Shown piece after piece: positions 27,959 to 38,706 of a stretch of DNA of 64,000 nucleotides. The stretch covers positions 8,109-72,108 of the forward strand of contig JAFYBJ010000008.1 of assembly GCA_017540265.1 (NCBI GenBank), given 5' to 3'. The stretch is from Lachnospiraceae bacterium (GTDB lineage Bacteria > Bacillota > Clostridia > Lachnospirales > Lachnospiraceae). The position numbers were made by a program, and so were the translations under genes. Every line of letters begins with the position of its first letter. Position 1 is the stretch's first letter. Below the pieces are notes generated by a model that worked only from the letters and a program-made list of their open reading frames with translations, was not told the origin of the DNA and searched no databases.

Positions 27959-29836
27959 TTAACGTTTCTCAACACATATGCCGCAGCCGTACGATGCCGC
28001 GCCGCAGCCTGCACATTTATCCCTGCAGTTTGGCGTCACTGCAGCTTCTGCTGCCCTGTGCCATTCATTTAACAGATACTGCCTGTTCACTCCGCAGTCT
28101 ATGAAATCCCAGGGGAAAGGCTCATTATCATCACGCAGCCTGAAAATATAATCTTCATAATCAACACCCGTTTCATTAAAAGCCTTTATCCAGTTCTCGT
28201 AGGAAAAAGTCTCTGTCCAGGCATCGAATAATGCTCCGTGTTCATAAGCATATACTATAGCCGGTGCCACTTTTCTGTCACCTCTTGCAAAAATGCCCTC
28301 TATTATCGTGGTCCCGCTGTCATGGTAATGATATGATATGCGCTTCTGGTTTAACTGTTCCCTTACAGCCCTCTTTGTAAGTTTTGCCTTCTCCTCAAAT
28401 TCTTCAGGCCTGTTCATTCGCGCCCACTGGAAAGCGGTAAAAGGCTTGGGTACAAAGAAGGATGAGCTTGCCGTGATCTGTACCGATCCGTGTCTTTCCT
28501 CTTTCGGAACCGTATCAAAATAAACCTTTGCGATCTCGTTGCAAAGCTCTGCTATAGCCCTGCAGTCCTCATCCTCTTCAAAAGGAAGTCCCAGCATGAA
28601 ATAAAGCTTTACTTTATTCCAGCCGCCCTTAAAAGCCATTTCCGAACCGCCAAGTATATCCTGCACGGTAAGTCCTTTATTTATAACATTTCTCATGCGC
28701 TGGCTTCCGGCCTCGGGCGCAAAGGTAAGCGAATTTTTCTTTACGTCCTGAACCTTATCCATAACATCAAGGGAAAAGGCATCAATGCGGAGCGAAGGCA
28801 GGGAAATATTGATCTTTTTTTCATCACAATATCCTATCAGATATTCAAGCAGCCTCTTAAGCCCCGTATGATCGCTGGTGGAAAGAGAGCTTAAGGACAG
28901 CTCTTCGTATCCGGTATTTTTCAGTATCTCCCTTGCCTGATATTCCAATGTATCGACGCTTCTTTCACGGATGGGCTTATATATCTGCCCCGCCTGACAG
29001 AAGCGGCAGCCTCTGATACATCCTCTCTGTACTTCTATGACCGCCCTGTCCTGGGTAGCTCTTATAAAAGGCACAACCGGATAAAGCGGGTAGAAAGAGC
29101 TGTCCAGATCCTTTACCAGCTGTTTTCTTATCCTTGCCGGAACATCATCAAACAAAGGCGTCATCGACTTAAAACGCCCGTTTTCATCGTAGGATACATC
29201 ATACATGGAAGGCACATATATTCCGGGAACCTTTGCCGCCTCATGAAGAAAATCCTGCCTGGATACGCCCTCATCCCTGCATTTTTCGTAAAGATCTATG
29301 AGTCTTCTGTATACAACCTCACCCTCACCTATATAAAACATATCAAAAAAAGCGGCAATAGGTTCGGGATTATATACGCAGGGACCGCCGCCTATGACTA
29401 TGGGATCATCATCCGTTCTGTCTTTTGAATAAAAAGGGATGCCCGAAAGATCAAGCACCTGAAGTATGTTTGTATAGCACATCTCATACTGCAGTGTGAT
29501 ACCCAGAAAATCCGCCTCTTTAACCGGCCTTCCGCTTTCCAGTGAAAAAAGCGGGAGCTTTTCCTCCCGCATTATCTTATCAAGATCCGTCCATGGGCTG
29601 TAAAGCCTCTCACACCATACATCCTCATAAGAATTGAGCAGACCGTAAAGGATCTGTATTCCCAGATGGCTCATTCCTATCTCATATACATCGGGAAAGC
29701 ACATAACAAAACGGCAGCGTATATCCTTATCATCTTTCATCACGCTGCCGGGCTCACCTCCGGTATATCTGGAAGGCTTGTCCACTCTCATGAGCACTTC
29801 ATCCGGCAATGCAGTTTTTCTGTCTTCGAATCTCAT
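27959..29836 (-). CDS. B12-binding-type radical SAM protein (TIGR03960-like)
   Basis: [39 protein letters not shown]-terminal Cys cluster; ATG overlaps the hisIE stop (ATGA). Confidence 0.9.
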   Translation of the reverse strand: MRFEDRKTALPDEVLMRVDKPSRYTGGEPGSVMKDDKDIRCRFVMCFPDVYEIGMSHLGIQILYGLLNSYEDVWCERLYSPWTDLDKIMREEKLPLFSLESGRPVKEADFLGITLQYEMCYTNILQVLDLSGIPFYSKDRTDDDPIVIGGGPCVYNPEPIAAFFDMFYIGEGEVVYRRLIDLYEKCRDEGVSRQDFLHEAAKVPGIYVPSMYDVSYDENGRFKSMTPLFDDVPARIRKQLVKDLDSSFYPLYPVVPFIRATQDRAVIEVQRGCIRGCRFCQAGQIYKPIRERSVDTLEYQAREILKNTGYEELSLSSLSTSDHTGLKRLLEYLIGYCDEKKINISLPSLRIDAFSLDVMDKVQDVKKNSLTFAPEAGSQRMRNVINKGLTVQDILGGSEMAFKGGWNKVKLYFMLGLPFEEDEDCRAIAELCNEIAKVYFDTVPKEERHGSVQITASSSFFVPKPFTAFQWARMNRPEEFEEKAKLTKRAVREQLNQKRISYHYHDSGTTIIEGIFARGDRKVAPAIVYAYEHGALFDAWTETFSYENWIKAFNETGVDYEDYIFRLRDDNEPFPWDFIDCGVNRQYLLNEWHRAAEAAVTPNCRDKCAGCGAASYGCGICVEKR

Positions 29837-31131
29837 CTTGCAGCCAGATCTTTCATTATCTCTTCCCAGGTAACACCCTTTTCCACCATGAGGACCATAC
29901 AATGATAAAGAAAATCGGATATCTCGTATTTTATCTCTTCCTTATCCGGATTCTTTGCGGCAATGACTATCTCAGTGCATTCCTCGCCCACTTTCTTAAG
30001 TATCTTATCAATACCCTTATCGAAGAGATAATTTGTATATGAGCCCTCCTTGGGATTTTCCTTTCTGTCAAGGATGACATCATAAACATCGCTTAAAACC
30101 TTTGAAGGATCCTTATCGATATATTCCTTCTTAACGATCTCATTAAAGAAGCAGCTCCTACTTCCTGTGTGGCAGGCAACGCCTGTCTGACTCACCTTCG
30201 CAAGCAGGGTATCCTTGTCGCAGTCTGCCGTAAGACTCTTTAAATACTGGAAATGACCGCTGGTCTCGCCCTTTACCCATCTTGCATTTCTGCTCCTTGA
30301 ATGATAGGTCATGCGTCCGGTCTTTATGGTCGCATTAAAAGCTTCCTCATCCATATACGCTACCATCAGGACTTCCTTTGTCCTGTAGTCCTGCACTACC
30401 ACAGGCACCAGACCGTTAACGTCCTTTTTCAGATCAGAAAAACTTAAAGCTGCATCAAAGCCGTTAACCCTGATGCCCTGCTCCGCAAAAAAGCTCTTCA
30501 TCCCCATGAGCCTCTCCGCAGCAGCATTGATCTTTGCCCCATAGAAGCCGGCTATATTATCTTTTTTCAAAAGATCTGCTATCCACGTGGGGACTGCATC
30601 CGGCATGGGCACATATACGGGAACCGGTGAATCCAAAAGTGCCTTGTAGCTTTCCTTTTCGTCGAATTCATCACCCCTGCTTATAAGAAACGCCGCATGA
30701 GCATACTCTCCCACGCCTTCCCTTTTCTTAAATTCAGCAGGATCCGAAGCGCTGACAAAGATCTTATCCTTCCCGAAACGCTTGGAAACTTCCTCCATGA
30801 TATCGGCATTCGCATCCCTGTCCAGATCAAGTACAGCACCCATGGCGCCGGTATATATGATCTTTTTTACATCTTCAAAACGCTTTATATTTCCCGTTCC
30901 AAGAACAGGAACCTCCGATGCGGAAGCTATCTTTTTAAGGGCAGCGAGATTTTTCTCATGCTCTGCATCCTCTTTTGAAAGATCAAATACAATGATACCG
31001 TCCGCATTATTGTCCGAATAAAAAGTCGCAAGTTCCTCCGGCGTATCCGATATGACCTTTCCTTCATGATCACCGGATACTGCCTTTCCGTCAAAAAGAC
31101 GTATCGAAGCATATAATTTCTTTTCGTCCAT
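29833..31131 (-). CDS. hisIE: HisI-HisE bifunctional enzyme fused to an N-terminal HisA/HisF-like barrel
   Basis: [27 protein letters not shown] (HisI); SYTNYLF, KKVGEE, DFLYH (HisE); ~225-aa N-terminal barrel-like region. Confidence 0.9.
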   Translation of the reverse strand: MDEKKLYASIRLFDGKAVSGDHEGKVISDTPEELATFYSDNNADGIIVFDLSKEDAEHEKNLAALKKIASASEVPVLGTGNIKRFEDVKKIIYTGAMGAVLDLDRDANADIMEEVSKRFGKDKIFVSASDPAEFKKREGVGEYAHAAFLISRGDEFDEKESYKALLDSPVPVYVPMPDAVPTWIADLLKKDNIAGFYGAKINAAAERLMGMKSFFAEQGIRVNGFDAALSFSDLKKDVNGLVPVVVQDYRTKEVLMVAYMDEEAFNATIKTGRMTYHSRSRNARWVKGETSGHFQYLKSLTADCDKDTLLAKVSQTGVACHTGSRSCFFNEIVKKEYIDKDPSKVLSDVYDVILDRKENPKEGSYTNYLFDKGIDKILKKVGEECTEIVIAAKNPDKEEIKYEISDFLYHCMVLMVEKGVTWEEIMKDLAAR

Positions 31132-31715
31132 TACAGTTTCCCCTTGGTGCTTAAGACTCCGCTAATCCTGTCATCTTTCTTTGTAGCTTCATCACAGGCC
31201 TTTGCAAAAGCCTTGAATGCAGCCTCAATGATATGATGCGAGTTTATGCCGTCAAGCTGCTTTAAGTGAAGGTTCATCTCTGCCGAATAAGAAACGGCAT
31301 AAAAGAATTCCCTTACGAGTTCCGTTTCAAAATCCCCCAGCGTTTCAGCCGGTATGGAAAGATCAAAACCAAGATAAGGCCTTCCGCAAAAATCAACTGC
31401 CGAAAGTATGAGAGCATCATCCATGGGCAGTATGAAAAAACCGAAGCGCTTCATTCCTTCCTTGTCTCCGACAGCCTCTTTTAAGGCCTGTCCAAGAACT
31501 ATACCCGTATCCTCTACGGTATGATGACCGTCCACATTAAGATCACCCTTTACTTTCACTTCAAGGTCAAAAAAACCATGCTTCGCAAATCCCTCAAGCA
31601 TATGATCTAAGAAACCTATGCCCGTATCCACCGAACACTTTCCCGTACCATCAAGGTTTATGCTAAGCTCTATATCAGTTTCTTTTGTTTTTCTCTTAAT
31701 GCTTGCTTCTCTCAT
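31131..31715 (-). CDS. hisB: imidazoleglycerol-phosphate dehydratase
   Basis: [24 protein letters not shown]. Confidence 0.96.
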   Translation of the reverse strand: MREASIKRKTKETDIELSINLDGTGKCSVDTGIGFLDHMLEGFAKHGFFDLEVKVKGDLNVDGHHTVEDTGIVLGQALKEAVGDKEGMKRFGFFILPMDDALILSAVDFCGRPYLGFDLSIPAETLGDFETELVREFFYAVSYSAEMNLHLKQLDGINSHHIIEAAFKAFAKACDEATKKDDRISGVLSTKGKL

Positions 31716-31729
31716 AAAGCGCCCCCCTT

Positions 31730-33025
31730 TCAATTATTTTCAAACCTTACCGCTATTGAATTGGCGTGGGCAGTAAGCCCTTCCTTTTTAGCAAAATAGA
31801 TTATATCATCCGCATCCCTTTCAAGAGCTTCCCTTGAATATGAGATAATGCTGGTCTTCTTGAGGAAATCATCCACATTAAGCGGTGAGAAGAATTTCGC
31901 CGTACCGTTTGTGGGAAGTATATGATCGGGACCGGCAAAATAATCCCCTAACGGTTCCGAGGAATAAGTCCCAAGGAATATGGCTCCCGCATTCCTTATC
32001 TTTGTCATTATCTCAAAAGGATCCTTTGTTACTATCTCAAGATGCTCGGATGCAATATCATTAACTGCATTTATGGCAGTATCCATATCATCCGCAACAA
32101 ATATGAAACCGAAATCCTCAAGCGATTTTTCTATTATTGCCTTCCTTTCAAGCTTTTGTACAAATCCTTCTATTTCCTTAAGCACTTCCTCAGCAAGCTT
32201 TGCCGATGTAGTCACAAGAATGGATGAGGCCATCTCATCATGCTCCGCCTGGCTTAAAAGATCCGCCGCCACAAAACGGGGATTTGCCGTTTCATCGGCA
32301 AGCACCATTATCTCGCTGGGGCCTGCAACCGAATCAATGGAAACCTGACCGTATACGGCTTTTTTTGCCATTGCCACGAATATATTCCCGGGGCCGCATA
32401 TCTTATGCACCTTCGGTACACTCTCGGTTCCGTAAGCCATTGCGGCTATAGCCTGTGCGCCTCCTATACGGTATCCTTCCGTAGCTCCCGCAATCCTTGC
32501 AGCTGCAAGTGTTGCCTTTGACACCTCCCCATCCTTACCGGGCGGTGTGCACATCACAATCCTGTCAACCCCGGCAACTTTTGCCGGTATTATGTTCATG
32601 AGAACGGACGAAGGATACGCAGCCTTTCCACCGGGTACATATACTCCGCTTATCTCTATGGGAGTAAAACGCTGCCCTAAAATACTTCCGTCAGGCTTTG
32701 TCTCTATCCACGTTTTTCTTAACTGTTTTTCGTGGAATGCTCTGATATTTTCCGAAGCCCTTTCAAGGACGCCTATGAATTCAGGCTCCATTTCCCTTAC
32801 AGCCTCATCCATTTCCTCTTCGCTTATCCTGATATTGTCTTTATTCAGGTCAAAATGATCAAATTTTTCCGAAAAATCAAAAAGCGCGGCATCGCCTCTT
32901 TCACGCACCTCTTTTATTATGCCCTCAACTTTTTCCTCAATATCCTTAAAACCCGATGTGGAGCGCTTTTTTAAAGTCTCCTCAAGTTCTTTTTTGTTTT
33001 TTTCATTAAGCTCTATTATCTTCAT
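31730..33025 (-). CDS. hisD: histidinol dehydrogenase
   Basis: YVPGG, GPGNIFV, AGPSE, QAEHD, GDYFAGPDHILPT. Confidence 0.97.
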   Translation of the reverse strand: MKIIELNEKNKKELEETLKKRSTSGFKDIEEKVEGIIKEVRERGDAALFDFSEKFDHFDLNKDNIRISEEEMDEAVREMEPEFIGVLERASENIRAFHEKQLRKTWIETKPDGSILGQRFTPIEISGVYVPGGKAAYPSSVLMNIIPAKVAGVDRIVMCTPPGKDGEVSKATLAAARIAGATEGYRIGGAQAIAAMAYGTESVPKVHKICGPGNIFVAMAKKAVYGQVSIDSVAGPSEIMVLADETANPRFVAADLLSQAEHDEMASSILVTTSAKLAEEVLKEIEGFVQKLERKAIIEKSLEDFGFIFVADDMDTAINAVNDIASEHLEIVTKDPFEIMTKIRNAGAIFLGTYSSEPLGDYFAGPDHILPTNGTAKFFSPLNVDDFLKKTSIISYSREALERDADDIIYFAKKEGLTAHANSIAVRFENN

Positions 33026-33030
33026 TTTTC

Positions 33031-33684
33031 TTATATGGCAGCTCTGAGATCCGAAATGAGCTTCCTTATCCTTTCATTCTGCATTCTCATTGACACCTGG
33101 TTTACTATCACTCTGGCCGAAAGCGGACAGATCTCTTCAAGCACGGTAAGTCCGTTTTCCCTAAGAGTAGAACCCGTCTCCACTATATCCACTATCACAT
33201 CCGAAAGACCTACTATGGGACCTAACTCCACCGATCCGTTAAGTTTTATAATATCAACGGTCTGGCCTTTTCTGTTATGAAAATAGTCTCTTGCTATCTC
33301 CGGATATTTGCTTGCCACCCTTATCATCTCATGATGCTCAAGCTTTTCTCTGGCGCTCTCCGGCCCGCAGACACACATCCTGCATTTCCCGAAATTAAGA
33401 TCCAGCACTTCAAAGCATCGTCTGCCTTCCTCTAGTATTGTATCCTTTCCCACAACGCCTATATCCGCAACACCGTATTCCACATATGTCGGTACGTCCG
33501 GCCCCTTTGCAAGAAAGAATCTGACCTTCTGGTCCGGATTTTCAAAAACAAGTTTCCTGCTGTCCTTATCCTTTAATTCATCACAGAATATGCCGGTTTT
33601 TTCAAGAAGGGCAAGTGTCTTTTCCGCAAGCCTTCCCTTAGTCAGTGCAAATGTAAGATATTTGTCTTCGTTCATAATGTTCAC
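33031..33684 (-). CDS. hisG: ATP phosphoribosyltransferase, short form
   Basis: ALTKGRL, DVPTYVEYG, DIVETGSTLRENGL. Confidence 0.96.
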   Translation of the reverse strand: MNIMNEDKYLTFALTKGRLAEKTLALLEKTGIFCDELKDKDSRKLVFENPDQKVRFFLAKGPDVPTYVEYGVADIGVVGKDTILEEGRRCFEVLDLNFGKCRMCVCGPESAREKLEHHEMIRVASKYPEIARDYFHNRKGQTVDIIKLNGSVELGPIVGLSDVIVDIVETGSTLRENGLTVLEEICPLSARVIVNQVSMRMQNERIRKLISDLRAAI

Positions 33685-33696
33685 TCCGCGGGCAGA

Positions 33697-34806
33697 TTAT
33701 TTTCCCTTAAAAACTCCGTACGCAGGGATGCCTTCCGCTCTTAAGCCCGCAACTTTTGAAAGCACTTCTTCCCTGTTATCTTCGTTATACTCAAAACGCT
33801 GTATCTCTTCTTCCGTGGTCTTCTGTCCCCGGTCTCTGAGAGCGCTCATGATATCGTCAAGCAAAAATACACATCCCGTAGCCGGCACATCCTTACCGAA
33901 GCTTTCAAGCAGCCCGTCATATCTGCCGCCTTTAACAATGGCATCCGGAGCGCCGTAAGTATAAGCCCTGAATATGAGCCCCGTATAATAATTGAATTTG
34001 CTTAACATTCCAAGATCTATGGAAATATATCTGCCAAGACCCTTCTTTTCCATAAGGGAATAGATCTTTATCAGTCTGTCAAGGGCAGCAACCGCCTTCT
34101 TTGACGTGGTCGCCTCCCTTATATCCGAAAGATCTGCAGCATTTACCACATCCCCCGCATTTATCATAAGCTCGCTTATCCGCCTGTCCACATTCCTGTG
34201 TTCAAGCATCTGGGCAGCTCCGTAATAATTCTTTATTGATATATATTCCCTGAGTTTTAATATATTCTCCCCGGAAAGCCCCGCCTCTTCGCAAAGACCT
34301 TTGAAGAAATCCACATCACCCATGCTTATGGTAAATTCCTCAAAACCGGCTGCCCTTAAGGTTTCCGCAGCCATTGCAAGAATCTCTGCGTCCGCATCAG
34401 TTGAAGGCTCGCCCATTATCTCTGCGCCTATCTGGGTAGTCTCTTTTAACTTTCCCTGGAGGTTTAAGGTATTCTGGAACACCTTTCCGGAATAACATAA
34501 ACGCACGGAATCCGTGCCGTCAAGAAAATATTTTACGGCGCATCTGGCCGCCGGGGGAGTAAGATCAGGCCTGAGCACCAGCGTATCGCCTTCCCTGTCA
34601 AAGAATTTATATAATTCCCTCGAAGGCGTTGTTCCTGTTTCCTTTGAATAAATATCAAAGTACTCAAACACCGGAGTCTCTATCTCCCTGCAGCCGTAAA
34701 GCTTAAGAGCCTTAAGCATCCGTTCCGCAATATCCTTTCGCCTTGCAAGCTCCGCTCCGTATATATCTCTTACCCCTTCGGGCGTATGTATAAGTCTCTG
34801 TTCCAT
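33697..34806 (-). CDS. hisZ: ATP phosphoribosyltransferase regulatory subunit
   Basis: HTPEGVRD, LVLRPDLT, YYTGLIF, GGRYD; directly upstream of hisG. Confidence 0.93.
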   Translation of the reverse strand: MEQRLIHTPEGVRDIYGAELARRKDIAERMLKALKLYGCREIETPVFEYFDIYSKETGTTPSRELYKFFDREGDTLVLRPDLTPPAARCAVKYFLDGTDSVRLCYSGKVFQNTLNLQGKLKETTQIGAEIMGEPSTDADAEILAMAAETLRAAGFEEFTISMGDVDFFKGLCEEAGLSGENILKLREYISIKNYYGAAQMLEHRNVDRRISELMINAGDVVNAADLSDIREATTSKKAVAALDRLIKIYSLMEKKGLGRYISIDLGMLSKFNYYTGLIFRAYTYGAPDAIVKGGRYDGLLESFGKDVPATGCVFLLDDIMSALRDRGQKTTEEEIQRFEYNEDNREEVLSKVAGLRAEGIPAYGVFKGK

Positions 34807-34827
34807 AATATCCTGTCTTCTCTTTTC

Positions 34828-36021
34828 CTAGCTTATACACTCATCAAGTATATCAGCCATCTCATCCACATCTGCCTTTTCTATAACAAGAGGAGGCAGA
34901 AAACGTATTATATTCGTACCTGCATTTATAAGGACCAGGCCCTTCTCAAGAGCTTTGTTGATTATATCCGCGACAGAATGATCAAACTCAAGCCCCTGCA
35001 TCATGCCCACACCACGGTGATCCGTTATCTCCTCCGGGTGATCATTCTTTATCCTTTCAAGCACCTCATACAGATATTTTCCTGTTTCTTTTACATGATC
35101 CGTGATATGTCGTTCTTCAAACTGCCTTAAGACTTCACATATCGCAGCGCCGCCTAAAGGATTGCCGCCGTAGGTGGTACCGTGGTCTCCTGCTTTAAGG
35201 GAAGATTCTCCCACCTTCTCAGTCATCATGAAGGCGCCCACCGGCACACCGCAGCCAAGTGCCTTTGCGGAAGTCATGACATCGGGCTTGACCCCGTATC
35301 TCTGCCATGCAAAATACTCGCCCGTGCGTCCCATGCCGCACTGTATCTCATCAAGCATAAGGAGAATATCCTTCTCATCACAGATCTGCCTGATCTCCTT
35401 AAGAAAGTCGGCATCTGCCGGATGTATACCGCCTTCTCCCTGTACGGTCTCGAAAAGTATCGCACAGGTTTTGTCACTGATATTTGCCTTAACACTCTCT
35501 ATATCATTTAAAGCGGCAAACCTTATATTACCTATCATAGGCTCAAAGGCTTCCCTGTATTTCTTTGTACCGGTCACGGACAAAGCTCCGAAGGTACGTC
35601 CGTGGAAAGAATGCTCCATTGCAATGATCTCATGATCGGTCCTTCCGTCTTTAAGATAAGCATACTTCCTTGCTGTCTTTATCGCACCTTCAACAGCCTC
35701 GGCGCCACTGTTTGTAAAAAACACCCTGTCCATTCCGGATACTTTTTTTATGGCCTTTGCAGCCTCTATCGCGGGAACATTATAGTAATAATTTGATGTA
35801 TGAAGTATCTTGTCCACCTGGCGCTTTATTGCAGCATTATACTCCCTGTTGCCGTAACCCAGGGCAAACACGCCTATACCGGATACAAAATCAAGATAGC
35901 TCTTATTATCCAGATCAAAGAGTCTCACACCGTCTCCGTGGTCAAAGACCACCTGATACCTGTTGTATGTATGTAAGAGAGACCGCTCAGCCTCTTCTAT
36001 ATATGTCTTCATCATTCCCAT
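34828..36021 (-). CDS. argD: acetylornithine aminotransferase
   Basis: FTNSGAEA, SFHGRT, DEIQCGMGRTG, AKALG, HGTTYGGN. Confidence 0.93.
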   Translation of the reverse strand: MGMMKTYIEEAERSLLHTYNRYQVVFDHGDGVRLFDLDNKSYLDFVSGIGVFALGYGNREYNAAIKRQVDKILHTSNYYYNVPAIEAAKAIKKVSGMDRVFFTNSGAEAVEGAIKTARKYAYLKDGRTDHEIIAMEHSFHGRTFGALSVTGTKKYREAFEPMIGNIRFAALNDIESVKANISDKTCAILFETVQGEGGIHPADADFLKEIRQICDEKDILLMLDEIQCGMGRTGEYFAWQRYGVKPDVMTSAKALGCGVPVGAFMMTEKVGESSLKAGDHGTTYGGNPLGGAAICEVLRQFEERHITDHVKETGKYLYEVLERIKNDHPEEITDHRGVGMMQGLEFDHSVADIINKALEKGLVLINAGTNIIRFLPPLVIEKADVDEMADILDECIS

Positions 36022-36039
36022 GGATCAAAATCCTCCGAT

Positions 36040-36933
36040 CTATATCTGCCCGTCATGGAATATCATAGTTCCGATACCCTGTCTGGTGAATATCTCAAGT
36101 AGCAGGCAGTGTGCAAGTCTTCCGTCAAGTATATGCACACGCTGAACTCCGTTTTCTATTGCATCTATACAGTTTGAAAGCTTAGGCAGCATGCCTCCGC
36201 CTATGATACCGTCATTTATGAAGCTCTTTGCCTCTGATACCGTTATCCTTGAAATGAAACTTGACTTGTCATTTATATCCTTATAAAGACCTTCTATATC
36301 GGTAAGAAAAGCAAGCTTCTCGGCTCCTACTGCTTTTGCCACGGCGCATGCAGCATCATCTGCATTTATATTATAAGTTGCAAAAGAATCATCCATACCT
36401 ATGGGGCAGATGATGGGGAGAAAATCCTTTTCAAGCATATCAAAAAGTATCTTTGGATCCACTTCCTTTATCTGACCTACAAAACCGATATCCTTACCGT
36501 CGGAAAGCTTCTTATCAACCTTAAGCAGACCTCCGTCCTTTCCCGAAAGACCCACGGCCCTTACTCCCAGCTCTTCGACCATCGCCACGAGACGCTTGTT
36601 GACCTTGTTTAATACCATTTCCGCAACTTCCATGGTATCGGCATCGGTCACCCTTAAGCCGTTTACAAATTCGGATTCCTTACCCGTCTTCTTAAGCCAG
36701 CTGCTTATCTCCTTGCCGCCGCCGTGAACTATGATAGGCTTAAAGCCCACAAGTTTAAGCAATGTAACATCCTTTATCACATTCCTCTGTATCTCGGGAT
36801 CAGCCATTGCAGAACCGCCGTATTTAACAACTATGATCTTTCTGTTGAATGCCTGAATATAAGGGAGTGCTTCGATGAGCACCTCAGCCTTCTGTTTTAC
36901 TTTTTCTATATCCTTTTCCATTTCTTCCTCCAC
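36040..36933 (-). CDS. argB: acetylglutamate kinase
   Basis: [25 protein letters not shown]. Confidence 0.96.
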   Translation of the reverse strand: MEEEMEKDIEKVKQKAEVLIEALPYIQAFNRKIIVVKYGGSAMADPEIQRNVIKDVTLLKLVGFKPIIVHGGGKEISSWLKKTGKESEFVNGLRVTDADTMEVAEMVLNKVNKRLVAMVEELGVRAVGLSGKDGGLLKVDKKLSDGKDIGFVGQIKEVDPKILFDMLEKDFLPIICPIGMDDSFATYNINADDAACAVAKAVGAEKLAFLTDIEGLYKDINDKSSFISRITVSEAKSFINDGIIGGGMLPKLSNCIDAIENGVQRVHILDGRLAHCLLLEIFTRQGIGTMIFHDGQI

Positions 36934-36951
36934 AAAGCAGGCCCGTTTGTT

Positions 36952-38178
36952 TTATGAACGGTAATCCGCATTTATCTTTACATAATCATAAGTGAGATCA
37001 CATCCGAAAGCTTCAGCAGAAGCATCGCCCTCATTCATATCCGCCAATACAGTAACCTCACTGCATTTAAGTATCTCCAAAGCCTTATCCTCGTCAAAAG
37101 GAAGGGGCACGCCGTGCTCAAATACTTTTAATCTCCCTTTTTTGCTTTCAAAATAAAGCTCCACATCCTTTTCATCAAACTGCGCTCCCGAATAACCCAT
37201 AGCGCATAAGAACCTGCCGAAATTAGCATCGCAGCCAAAGACCGCAGCCTTTGAAAGATTGGAACCTACTATGGATTTTGAAAGCTTCCTTGCATCTTCT
37301 CTGCTCTTTGCACCTCTTACATGCGCAGTAAAAAGCTTTGTTGCGCCTTCTCCGTCGGAAGCCATGATCCTTGCAAGTGATCTGCACACAAAGAAGAGAG
37401 CTTCATAAAAAGTATCATAATCTTTTCCTTCGCTTACTATCTCCTCATTTTCCGCAAGACCGTTTGCAAGCACCATAAAAGTATCATTTGTGGATGTATC
37501 TCCGTCAACGGTGATCATGTTAAAGCTGTCATCTACAGCCGATCTTACAGCCTTTGTAAGAAGTTCCCTGCTTATTTTTAAATCCGTCGTAAGAAAAGCC
37601 AACATTGTGCACATATTCGGATGGATCATTCCGGAGCCCTTGCACATTCCGCCGAGCGTAACCTTTTTCCCTTTTATCTCAAAGCTTACGGCGATCTCTT
37701 TATTTACGGTATCCGTGGTCATTATGGCCTTCGATGCTTCCGTGCCCGCTTCCGTGCTTTCGTTAAGCTTAGGCGCCATATCTTTTACACCGCTTTTAAG
37801 CTTATCCACCGGCAGCTGCATTCCGATAACACCCGTTGATGCAACAGCTACGCCGTTTTCCGGTATGCCAAGCACTTCGTTTACAGCCTGTGCCGTCTGC
37901 CTGCAGGCTTCAAAGCCTTCTTCTCCGGTGCAGGCATTTGCGATGCCGGAATTGACCACAACAGCGCTTACGGGCGCCGCTTCTTCCACAAGCTTCTTAT
38001 CCCATTTAACACAGGCAGCCTTTACCACATTTGAAGTAAAGGTACCTGCTGCGATACAGGGGACCTCGGATACCACCATTGCCATATCCGTTCTACCTTT
38101 ATATTTGATCCCCGCCGCCGTAACGGCCGCCTTGAATCCCTTTGCTGCGGTAACACCGCCGTTTATCTTTTCAAACAT
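36952..38178 (-). CDS. argJ: glutamate N-acetyltransferase / ornithine acetyltransferase
   Basis: IMTTDT, KGSGMIHPNMCTML, DGDTSTND, DGEGATK, INADYRS. Confidence 0.97.
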   Translation of the reverse strand: MFEKINGGVTAAKGFKAAVTAAGIKYKGRTDMAMVVSEVPCIAAGTFTSNVVKAACVKWDKKLVEEAAPVSAVVVNSGIANACTGEEGFEACRQTAQAVNEVLGIPENGVAVASTGVIGMQLPVDKLKSGVKDMAPKLNESTEAGTEASKAIMTTDTVNKEIAVSFEIKGKKVTLGGMCKGSGMIHPNMCTMLAFLTTDLKISRELLTKAVRSAVDDSFNMITVDGDTSTNDTFMVLANGLAENEEIVSEGKDYDTFYEALFFVCRSLARIMASDGEGATKLFTAHVRGAKSREDARKLSKSIVGSNLSKAAVFGCDANFGRFLCAMGYSGAQFDEKDVELYFESKKGRLKVFEHGVPLPFDEDKALEILKCSEVTVLADMNEGDASAEAFGCDLTYDYVKINADYRS

Positions 38179-38193
38179 ATAATACCTCCGGCA

Positions 38194-38637
38194 TCAGCTG
38201 TTGAAAGCCGTGATGTTTTCTTCATTTAATGTAAAATCGTAATAGTTAAGATCTTCTCTCTTTGTCCAACCCACACATTTCCAGAATGTATTGCCTATAT
38301 CATTTTTAGTAAATGCTATCAATGAAACCTTATTTATATGCTCTGCTTTTAAGGCATTCATGCAGTATACAACCATTTCCTTTCCTATGCCCCTAAGCCT
38401 GTAGCGTTCATCAACGCACACATGATAAAGGCAGCCTCTCCTGCCGTCGTGTCCGCAGAGTATCGCTCCCACAACATGCCCGTCCTCTATGGCCACGCAG
38501 CTTGTTGACGGATTTCTCTTTAAAAAGATCTCTATACCGGCCCTGGAATCATCCACACTCCTTATTCCAAAGCCATGGATAGTCATCCAGAGAGCTCTCA
38601 CCTCATCGTAATCTTCTATGGTCATCTCACGGATCAA
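38194..38637 (-). CDS. GNAT acetyltransferase (YpeA-like)
   Basis: CGHDGRRGCLYH, YRLRGIGK; TTG start after AGGAGG. Confidence 0.85.
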   Translation of the reverse strand: MIREMTIEDYDEVRALWMTIHGFGIRSVDDSRAGIEIFLKRNPSTSCVAIEDGHVVGAILCGHDGRRGCLYHVCVDERYRLRGIGKEMVVYCMNALKAEHINKVSLIAFTKNDIGNTFWKCVGWTKREDLNYYDFTLNEENITAFNS

Positions 38638-38674
38638 AGCCCTCTCCTCCTTTATATTAAGCATCAATTGAAAA

Positions 38675-38703
38675 ATGATACCATGAAAGGTATTTTTTGT
38701 AAA
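38675..38703 (-). promoter_or_regulatory. sigmaA promoter for the GNAT-argJBD-his run
   Basis: TTTACA-17bp-TATCAT. Confidence 0.55.
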
Positions 38704-38706
38704 ATT

